Of a DNA stretch of 64,000 bases, positions 57,583 to 64,000 are shown piece by piece. Both the position numbers and the translations under genes were made by a program. Position 1 is the first letter of the stretch, and the number at the start of each line of letters is the position of its first letter. The notes beneath the pieces were generated by a model. It was not told the origin of the DNA. It did not search any database and worked only from the letters and a program-made list of their open reading frames with translations. The DNA is from Solirubrobacterales bacterium (lineage in GTDB: Bacteria; Actinomycetota; Thermoleophilia; Solirubrobacterales; Solirubrobacteraceae): the NCBI GenBank assembly GCA_038199375.1, contig JBBPZA010000123.1, forward strand, positions 4,228 through 68,227, in the 5' to 3' direction.

Positions 57583-58242
57583 TCAGGGCTCGACGAGGCC
57601 GTGGCGTATCGCGTAGCGCGTCAGCTCGACACGGTCACGCAGGCCGAGCTTGGCCAGGATGTTCTCCCGGTGACGCTCGACCGTCTTGGGGCTGATGACC
57701 AGGAGGCCGGCGATCTGATCGCTGCTGTAGGCCTCGGCGACGAGCTTGACCACCTCGCGTTCGCGCGGGGTGAGCGGGTAATCGGGCACGGGCTCGCCGT
57801 CGGTCGCGCGCTCGAGGTACTCGCGCATCAGGGTTCGCAGGGTCGGCGGGTACAGGAACGGCTCCCCGCGCATCACCGCGCGGCAGGCGCGCACGAGATC
57901 GCGGTCGGCGACAGTCTTGAGGACGTAGCCCGAGGCGCCCGCCTTGAGCGCCTCGAAGAAGTACTGGTCGACGTCGTGCACGGACAGCATGAGCACCTTG
58001 AGCTCGGGACGCCGCCGAGTCAGGTCACGCGCCGCCGCCAAGCCAGTCCGGCGCGGCATTGCCACATCGAGCACGGCCAGATCGATCGCTGTGCGCAGCC
58101 CCAGCTCGACGGTCTCGATACCGTCGACAGCCTCGGCCACTACCTCAAAGTCGGGCGCCGCGTCGAGGATCATGCGCAGTCCGTGGCGGACCACCGTGTG
58201 GTCGTCGGCGAGCAGGATGCGCGTGCGCAGCGGGATGCTCAC
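57583..58242 (-). CDS. NarL/LuxR-family response regulator
   Basis: ILLADDHTVVRHGL...AVLDVAMPRRTG...VLMLSVH...GYVLK is the REC domain. LTPREREVVKLVAEAYSSDQIAGLLVISPKTVERHRENILAKLG is the LuxR HTH. Confidence 0.9.
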   Translation of the reverse strand: MSIPLRTRILLADDHTVVRHGLRMILDAAPDFEVVAEAVDGIETVELGLRTAIDLAVLDVAMPRRTGLAAARDLTRRRPELKVLMLSVHDVDQYFFEALKAGASGYVLKTVADRDLVRACRAVMRGEPFLYPPTLRTLMREYLERATDGEPVPDYPLTPREREVVKLVAEAYSSDQIAGLLVISPKTVERHRENILAKLGLRDRVELTRYAIRHGLVEP

Positions 58243-59189
58243 GTCACGGGCACCTCAAGGCGCACCTCGGTGCCGTGAGGCGATACCGGCTCGATGTTCA
58301 GGCGTCCGCCGACGAGCATCGCTCGCTCGCTCATTCCGCGTATCCCGCCCCAGGCGCCCGCCGACGCCCCGTCGAGGCCGCACCCGTCGTCACGCACGCA
58401 CAGCACCACGGCCGTGCCGTGGCCTTCGAGCACGAACTCCACCTCGCGAGCCGCCGCGTGGCGAACCACGTTGGTCAGGCTTTCCTGGGCGACTCGGTAG
58501 ATCACCAGCTCGGTCTCGTGCGACAGCGCGGGCAGCTCGCCGTCAAGACGCCGCCGCACCCGAAGCCCCGCCCTCTCGGCGAACCCCGAGGCGAGTGCCA
58601 CAAGCGCTGGGCGCAGGCCGAACTCGTCGAGCGCCTCCGGACGCAGACCGCGGGCGATTCCGCGGACCTCCTCGACCCCTCCGCGTGCCGATTCCTGCAG
58701 GGCGAGCACTCCTTCACGCAGCTCGGGAGGCGCTCGCCGCGCGAGCGCCTCAAGCTGCAGCACCACACCGGTGAGCGTCTGACCGACCTCGTCGTGAAGC
58801 TCGCGCGCCACGCGACGACGCTCGTCCTCCTGCGCGGCGACCGCGCGCCGCCCACTCTCGCGTCGCTCGAGCTCCAGACGCTCGAGCATGTCGTTGAATG
58901 CGTGCGCCAGATCGGCGACCTCAGGCAGCGTCCCCTCGGCGTCGACCCTTCGTCCTGGGCGGAGCGGGTCCACCCTGCGCATCAGTCGCGCGAGCCGTTC
59001 AAGCGGCCCGAAGGCGCGCCGCATCAGCACCAGGTTCACCGCCAGCGCCGCCGTCACCCCGCCGCCGAGCACGAGGATCTCCACTACGCGTACCTCCCCC
59101 GAGACCGTGGCCGGTGTGAAGATGAGAAGCAGCACCGCGCCAACCAGCACCACAGCGTTGATGACGAACACGCGCCAGAACAGAGACAT
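58239..59189 (-). CDS. HisKA_3-type sensor histidine kinase (two TM helices)
   Basis: ERRRVARELHDEVGQTLTGV is the H-box of the NarX/DesK class. HATPase LTNVVRHAAA and DDGCGL...GIRGMSERA. ATG at 59189 (MSLFWRVFVINAVVLVGAVLLL). 4-nt overlap with the response regulator. Confidence 0.85.
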   Translation of the reverse strand: MSLFWRVFVINAVVLVGAVLLLIFTPATVSGEVRVVEILVLGGGVTAALAVNLVLMRRAFGPLERLARLMRRVDPLRPGRRVDAEGTLPEVADLAHAFNDMLERLELERRESGRRAVAAQEDERRRVARELHDEVGQTLTGVVLQLEALARRAPPELREGVLALQESARGGVEEVRGIARGLRPEALDEFGLRPALVALASGFAERAGLRVRRRLDGELPALSHETELVIYRVAQESLTNVVRHAAAREVEFVLEGHGTAVVLCVRDDGCGLDGASAGAWGGIRGMSERAMLVGGRLNIEPVSPHGTEVRLEVPVT

Positions 59190-59329
59190 GTGACCTAGAG
59201 GATGGCGTCTCCGCCACCGCGGGACCATGGGCGACACTCCCCACCCAGGAGGATGGGCCGCGGCACCCATGGTCTCGGGCCCCGAAGCCACTGAACATGG
59301 GGGCTTCCTCCAACCCAGCGGGAGATGAC

Positions 59330-60241
59330 ATGACCCCAAGCATCGTCTGCGGTATCGATGCCTCGCCCCAGGCCGGAGCAGCCCTCCGCGTCGCGTCCGC
59401 CCTCGCGCAACGCATGGGCCTGACCCTCGTTGTCGTTCACGCCGTCCCGACCCCTACGCCCGACCTCCTGCTCACCGCACCAGCCCACGTGCCGGTCCCC
59501 GTCGAGCAGATTGATTTCCTCGGTCATGACACCGGAGAGCGCCTGCTCACACAGGCGGTCGAGGCGGTCGACGTGCCCCTCGCCGAGCAGCGATTGGAGC
59601 GTGGCCGCGCGGCCGAGCGCCTGTGCGCCGTGGCGCGCGAGGAGCAAGCGCGTCTGGTGGTGGTCGGCTCGCGCGGTGACGGGGCCATGCGCACCGCGCT
59701 CCTGGGCAGCGTTTCGGCCGCCGTGGTCCGCGACGCGCCCTGTCCGGTCGTGGTCGTCCCGCCCGGCATGGCCGGCGGCCCGCTCGACGGCCAGCGGATC
59801 GTGTGCGGCGTCAATGCCGACGAAGACCAAGCCGCCGTTAGCACCGCAGCGCGGCTCTCACGCGTGTTGGGGGCGCCGCTCACGCTCTCCCATGTCCTGC
59901 CGGCCGGCGCGGAGACTGAGTCCCTCGTGTCCGCCGGCGCGCTTTCGCCGACCGTTGGCCCCCTTCTGGACGCAGGCCCGCGGCACGCCCTGGACACCGT
60001 GCACCGCCTGATGGCGAACGCTGGGGATCTTGTCGATGACGAGCTTCACGACGTGCAACTACGGCGCGGAGAGCCCGCGGCGCAGATCCTCGAACTGGCC
60101 GCGTCGACACACGCGATCCTTCTCGTCGTGGGCAACCGCGGCTTTGGCTCGCTGCGTGCGGGCTTGCTCGGATCTGTATCGCGGGACCTCGTCCGTCGTG
60201 GCTCTCGACCCATCGTGATCTGCCGGGAGGAGCCGACATGA
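59330..60241 (+). CDS. tandem universal stress protein (two Usp domains)
   Basis: IVCGIDASPQAGAALRVA...LVVVGSRGDGAMRTALLGSVSAAVVRDAPCPVVVV and IVCGVNADE...LLVVGNRGFGSLRAGLLGSVSRDLVRRGSRPIVI. ATG at 59330 follows GGGAGA. Confidence 0.85.
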   Translation: MTPSIVCGIDASPQAGAALRVASALAQRMGLTLVVVHAVPTPTPDLLLTAPAHVPVPVEQIDFLGHDTGERLLTQAVEAVDVPLAEQRLERGRAAERLCAVAREEQARLVVVGSRGDGAMRTALLGSVSAAVVRDAPCPVVVVPPGMAGGPLDGQRIVCGVNADEDQAAVSTAARLSRVLGAPLTLSHVLPAGAETESLVSAGALSPTVGPLLDAGPRHALDTVHRLMANAGDLVDDELHDVQLRRGEPAAQILELAASTHAILLVVGNRGFGSLRAGLLGSVSRDLVRRGSRPIVICREEPT

Positions 60242-60831
60242 TCCGCGTCGCGATCATCGACGATCATCCCGCGGTGCGTCTGGGCCTCGAGAGCGCACTC
60301 CGAAGCGAACCGGGGCTCGTTCCCGTGGGCGCCGCCGAGCAGCCCGAGGACCTGCCGCCGCTGCTCTATCGCACTCGCCCGGACGTCGTCTTGGTCGATT
60401 ACCACCTGCCGCGCCGCGACGGCTTGTCCGTCTGCCGCCAAATCAAGAGCGACATCCCCGCGCCCGCCGTGCTGCTCTACTCCGCCTACGCTGACGCCTC
60501 CCTAGTCGTACCAGCGATCATTGCCGGCGCCGACGGAATCGTGCCGAAAAGCGTCCCCTCCCGACAGCTCTTCGAGGCCATCCGCACCGTCGCAAAGGGT
60601 GGCACTGCCCTGCCCCCCATCTCACCCGACCTTCTCCAGCTTGCGAGTCGCTGTCTCGAACCGGAGGACCTTCCCGTCCTCGGCATGCTCGTCAACCACA
60701 TCGCCCGCCGCGACATCGCGGACACGCTGGGAATCGGCCGCGACGACCTTGCGGGCCGCATCGCCGCGATGCTCGATCGCCTCAAGGCCCCCGTGGGCAT
60801 CGCCCATCAGCCAGCGCCCGAGGCTCCGTGA
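60238..60831 (+). CDS. NarL-like response regulator with divergent C-terminal HTH
   Basis: IRVAIIDDHPAVRLGL...VLVDYHLPRRDG...VLLYSAY...GIVPK is the REC domain. The C-terminal LPVLGMLVNHIARRDIADTLGIGRDDLAGRIAAMLDRL is LuxR-like. ATGA overlap with the Usp gene. Confidence 0.8.
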   Translation: MIRVAIIDDHPAVRLGLESALRSEPGLVPVGAAEQPEDLPPLLYRTRPDVVLVDYHLPRRDGLSVCRQIKSDIPAPAVLLYSAYADASLVVPAIIAGADGIVPKSVPSRQLFEAIRTVAKGGTALPPISPDLLQLASRCLEPEDLPVLGMLVNHIARRDIADTLGIGRDDLAGRIAAMLDRLKAPVGIAHQPAPEAP

Positions 60832-61022
60832 GCATGCGCCGACCGACCCAGCCGGAACGCGATCAGAGCGAGGATCGCTGGGAGTTGGCCGCTGGGCACG
60901 ACGACCGCCAAGAACCACTCCGCGCCGGGATACGCGACATCTCCCGCCTCGTCGCCATCCTCGCGCTAGTCGCCGTCGTCGCCGTCGGGATCGCCGTCTG
61001 CGTGCTGTTGTTTGCTGGCTAA
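60828..61022 (+). CDS. small tail-anchored membrane protein
   Basis: The start overlaps the response-regulator stop. C-terminal helix LVAILALVAVVAVGIAVCVLLFAG. Confidence 0.4.
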   Translation: MSMRRPTQPERDQSEDRWELAAGHDDRQEPLRAGIRDISRLVAILALVAVVAVGIAVCVLLFAG

Positions 61023-61181
61023 AGACCAACGCCCAACCTGGCGGCCCCATCGCCGAGCACGCACCGGAGATCCCTGCCCCGCGCTCCTCCGGGCCATCAC
61101 CCCCTCCGCCGCGACGTCCACTCGCTGGCCTCAGGCGGGATGAGAGCCTGCGCGCGCAGCACGCTCAAGTCCAGGGACCTC

Positions 61182-62189
61182 CTAGCGGGGCCGGGCGGTG
61201 CCGCCGTCAGGCGGTTGAGCGCGCAGGGAGCCCGCATGGGCGCGCGCCGAAGGGTCGCGGCGCGCCTTCACCACGCTCGCGATGGTCGTGATGCTGAGCA
61301 CGACCCCGATGACGACAAGCGAGGTCCCCGTGGAGATCTCGGGCACGCCGTTCTCCTGCAGGTGGCCCCAGTGCAGGGCGAGCTTGGCGCCGATGAACGC
61401 GAGGATGAGCGACAGGCCGGTCGAGAGGTAGACGAGCCGGTCGAGCAGGCCGGTGACGAGGAAGAACAGGGCGCGCAGCCCGAGCAGCGCGAACGCGTTG
61501 GCCGTGAACACGATGTACACCTCGTCGGTGACCCCGAACACGGCGGGGATCGAGTCCATCGCGAACAGGATGTCTGTGCTGCCGATGGCCACGAGCACGA
61601 GAAACAGCGGCGTGACCATACGCCGCCCCTCGAGGTCCGTGATGAGCTTCCCGCCGTCGTAGTCGTCCGTGACCGGCAGCCGTCGCTTCGCGAAGCCGAC
61701 GAGCGCGTTGTCCTCCACCGAAGGGTCCTGGTCGCGGTGGCGGAAGAGCTGGATTGCCGTGCCGATGAGGAGCAGCCCGAAGATTAGGAACATGAAGGAG
61801 AAGGCCGAAAGCAGCGCGGCGCCCAGCCCGATGAAGATCACGCGTAAGACGAGCGCGAGGACGATGCCGATGATGAGCACCTTCTGCTGGTGCTCGCGGG
61901 GCACTGCGAACGTGGTCATGATCACCACGAAGACGAAGAGGTTGTCGACCGACAGGCTCTTCTCGACGATATAGCCGGCGAAGTACTGCCCGCCGAAGTC
62001 CCAGCCGGCGACCGAGCCGAAGACCACGCCGAAGGCGATGGCGACTGCGATGTAGAAAATCGACGCGACCATCGCCTCGCGGAAGTCGACCACGTGGGGG
62101 CGCGCGATGGCGAGCGCGAGGTCCACCGTAAGCAGGACAAGGATGAGACCGACCGTCACGGCCCAGGCGGTGGTCGTCACGTCCAGCAT
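61182..62189 (-). CDS. TerC-family integral membrane protein
   Basis: FAGYIVEKSLSVDNLFVFVVI and FAMDSIPAVFGVT are the paired TerC motifs. ATG at 62189 (MLDVTTTAWAV...). Confidence 0.9.
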   Translation of the reverse strand: MLDVTTTAWAVTVGLILVLLTVDLALAIARPHVVDFREAMVASIFYIAVAIAFGVVFGSVAGWDFGGQYFAGYIVEKSLSVDNLFVFVVIMTTFAVPREHQQKVLIIGIVLALVLRVIFIGLGAALLSAFSFMFLIFGLLLIGTAIQLFRHRDQDPSVEDNALVGFAKRRLPVTDDYDGGKLITDLEGRRMVTPLFLVLVAIGSTDILFAMDSIPAVFGVTDEVYIVFTANAFALLGLRALFFLVTGLLDRLVYLSTGLSLILAFIGAKLALHWGHLQENGVPEISTGTSLVVIGVVLSITTIASVVKARRDPSARAHAGSLRAQPPDGGTARPR

Positions 62190-62402
62190 CCGCCGTCCAT
62201 CCTCGCAGGCGTCCAGCGTGTTCGATCGTCGTCCGTGGCGTAGACAGGTCGCCGCGAATCCCCAGGGCTCGTTCAGCAGCATGAGCGCGCATCCGCGTCT
62301 GCCGCACGGTTCCAACACCGAAGGATTCCAAGGCCGCCCAAAGCCGCCCTACGGGGTGACCCTCAGGGACCCCCCAAGGCCGGGGCCGAGTGTCCAGCGC
62401 CG

Positions 62403-62900
62403 TTATGCGAGATCGCTGTCGCGAACCGCCTGCGCGTCCGCAGCGATATGCGCCAACGTCTCCCGCTGCTGCACTACGCTGCGACAGACGAGAGCCACGG
62501 CCTTCAGCGTAAGCGCATCGGGAAGGGAATAGAGCGCGAAGTTCCCCTCCTGGCGACGCACGACGACGTCGCAGCGAAGCAGCTCTGACAGGTGCCTCGG
62601 GACGAGCTGATGCTCCACATCCAGGATGCGCGCGAGATCGGTGACCGAGCGCGCCCCGTTCGCCAGGACCTCGAACAGCTGAAGTCGTATGGGATGCCCC
62701 AGCACACGCAGGCGCCGCGCAGCGAGCTCGAGAACGTCGCGCGAGGCCGGAACGATCGACGAAGATCGGCGGGCACCCGCCCGCGGCTGCGCGCGTTCCG
62801 TCCCATCGTTCCCTGGGGCGCCGTTGCCGGTCGCGGCACGGCCGGCCGGCGACGAAGTTCGTCCGTTTGTCGATCGCGCAGAGCTTCCCACCCACGACAC
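62403..62900 (-). CDS. ArsR/SmtB-family transcriptional regulator with ~50-aa low-complexity N-terminus
   Basis: LRVLGHPIRLQLFEVLANGARSVTDLARILDVEHQLVPRHLSELLRCDVVVRRQEGNFALYSL is the ArsR wHTH. The only in-frame start is GTG 62900. Confidence 0.75.
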   Translation of the reverse strand: MSWVGSSARSTNGRTSSPAGRAATGNGAPGNDGTERAQPRAGARRSSSIVPASRDVLELAARRLRVLGHPIRLQLFEVLANGARSVTDLARILDVEHQLVPRHLSELLRCDVVVRRQEGNFALYSLPDALTLKAVALVCRSVVQQRETLAHIAADAQAVRDSDLA

Positions 62901-62931
62901 ATCGACGCCCGACGCGGAGCGCTGAAGAGTT

Positions 62932-63348
62932 TCAACCCATCCCTCGGCGGATCTTCGAGCGGCGCGAGGCGGTGGCAGCTAGCTCAGTCGGCTGTCTGAT
63001 CGATTGATCCACCTCGCCGCCATCGGGCGGGGCAAACCGACGGAAGCGGTTCACGAGCTGCGCGCCGACGTCATCAAGAAGCGAGAACGCTGCCTCGTCG
63101 ACGAGCCGGTACCAGACCTGGCGCCCTGCCTGCCGCCGATCGACGACCCCGCTCTCGTACAGGAGACCGAGATGGCGCGAGATGTTCTGCTGCGTAGCGT
63201 TGAGCGAGTCAGCCAGAGCCTGGACCGACATCTCCCCATCGAGCTCGAGGCGCTCGATCATCCGGATTCGCAAAGGCTGGGCAAGGACCGCCAGGCGATG
63301 AGCGACCAGGTCCACCAGCACATCCGGGATCGGGTGCAGTACCTGCAT
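62932..63348 (-). CDS. ArsR/SmtB-family transcriptional regulator
   Basis: LAVLAQPLRIRMIERLELDGEMSVQALADSLNATQQNISRHLGLLYESGVVDRRQAGRQVWYRL. Confidence 0.8.
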   Translation of the reverse strand: MQVLHPIPDVLVDLVAHRLAVLAQPLRIRMIERLELDGEMSVQALADSLNATQQNISRHLGLLYESGVVDRRQAGRQVWYRLVDEAAFSLLDDVGAQLVNRFRRFAPPDGGEVDQSIRQPTELAATASRRSKIRRGMG

Positions 63349-63465
63349 GTCTCCTTCCTAACCCGTGCTGCTCGGTGAGGTTGCGTACTGCCCGCAAATT
63401 CCCGCGAAGCGAGTCAAGTCGTCTGCAGTGGTGTAGCTCGTCGGTTGGTTGGTTGCCGGAGTAGT

Positions 63466-63499
63466 GGCTGTGGGAAACCGAAGGTTTTCCACAGCTTTT
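63466..63499. terminator. 13-bp stem / GAAG loop hairpin with a T-tract on the + strand
   Basis: GCTGTGGGAAACC-gaag-GGTTTTCCACAGC (one G-U pair), followed by TTTT. It lies 34 nt downstream of the minus-strand Usp stop. The T-tract is on the opposite strand relative to that gene. Confidence 0.45.
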
Positions 63500-63532
63500 C
63501 GCGCGCGCCCGCGCGCGAGGCGCGGGGGCGCT

Positions 63533-64000
63533 TTAGACGGCTTGGAGCTCGGCGACCTCCTCCTCGTCGGGGTCGCGGTGCTCGTCGCTGAGCAGCGCCA
63601 GGGATTCCTCGGAGAGGTAGCGGCGGCTGACGAGCCACTCGTCGTTCTGTTCGATGAGCAGCGCGCCGGCGAGGCGGATCGCGCTGCCGATGAGGACAGC
63701 GCCGAGCGGCCCATAGCTGCGCGAACCGGCGACGAGGAGGTCGACGTCGCGGCTGTCTTCCTCCAAGACCTTTCCTGCGTCGCCGTCGCGGAAGCGGCCC
63801 TCCGCCGGGACGCTCTCGGCGGCCTGAGCGACCGCCGCATCGTGACGAGCGCGCAGCTCGGATCGCATGACGTCGTTGGCGGACTCACCAAAGGTCCCGG
63901 ATGTCGCAACGCCGCCAAAGGCCATGCGCTCGAACGCGGTGAGGACCCGAATCCGCGCCTGGCTCGCGGCCGCGATCGCGACGGTCGCGTCGAGCGCCCG
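63533..64000 (-). CDS. universal stress protein family (partial; continues beyond the window end)
   Basis: The frame stays open to position 64000 (RALDATVAIAAASQARIRVLTAFE...). DVDLLVAGSRSYGPLGAVLIGSA is the Usp G-x2-G-x9-G(S/T) region. Acidic C-terminal tail. Confidence 0.55.
   Translation of the reverse strand, partial: RALDATVAIAAASQARIRVLTAFERMAFGGVATSGTFGESANDVMRSELRARHDAAVAQAAESVPAEGRFRDGDAGKVLEEDSRDVDLLVAGSRSYGPLGAVLIGSAIRLAGALLIEQNDEWLVSRRYLSEESLALLSDEHRDPDEEEVAELQAV

Overview
This is a very high-G+C bacterial chromosomal window. Gene content and a W-x-x-C-D repeat surface protein suggest Actinomycetota, possibly Thermoleophilia/Solirubrobacterales-like, but that is inference only. 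It is densely coding, and many of the long Arg/Ala/Pro-rich ORFs in the track are shadow frames of real genes. Main blocks:
- (i) A complete form I aerobic CO-dehydrogenase cluster on the minus strand (7.4-15.9 kb): coxM-coxS-coxL, an XdhC-like factor with a C-terminal YHS domain, a MobA-like transferase, then coxD-coxE-coxG.
- (ii) A tightly coupled Tat-secreted two-domain multicopper oxidase / ZIP transporter / DtxR-family regulator / cupredoxin lipoprotein operon (17.6-21.0 kb).
- (iii) A seven-gene, start/stop-overlapping chemosensory operon (24.4-33.2 kb): MCP, CheW, CheA-REC, CheB, CheR-TPR, CheY, and an HPt-REC-REC-GGDEF output protein, so the pathway appears to output c-di-GMP.
- (iv) An HNH nuclease and SF2 helicase pair abutting the 3' end of tRNA-Asp (42.9-45.0 kb).
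- (v) A DUF1996 protein translationally coupled to a Ser/Thr kinase.
- (vi) A lower-G+C run of four uncharacterised minus-strand genes (50.5-52.7 kb).
- (vii) A NarL-type two-component, USP, TerC and tandem ArsR stress region (57.6-64.0 kb).

Three toxin-antitoxin-like pairs (mazEF, vapBC, and an NTase pair) and two tRNAs (Asp-GTC, Val-TAC) are present. I saw no rRNA, CRISPR array, transposase or integrase. Four genes are broken by single-nucleotide frame shifts, three of them inside short G/C runs, which may be sequencing indels rather than biology. All functional calls come from motif recognition by eye; no searches were run.
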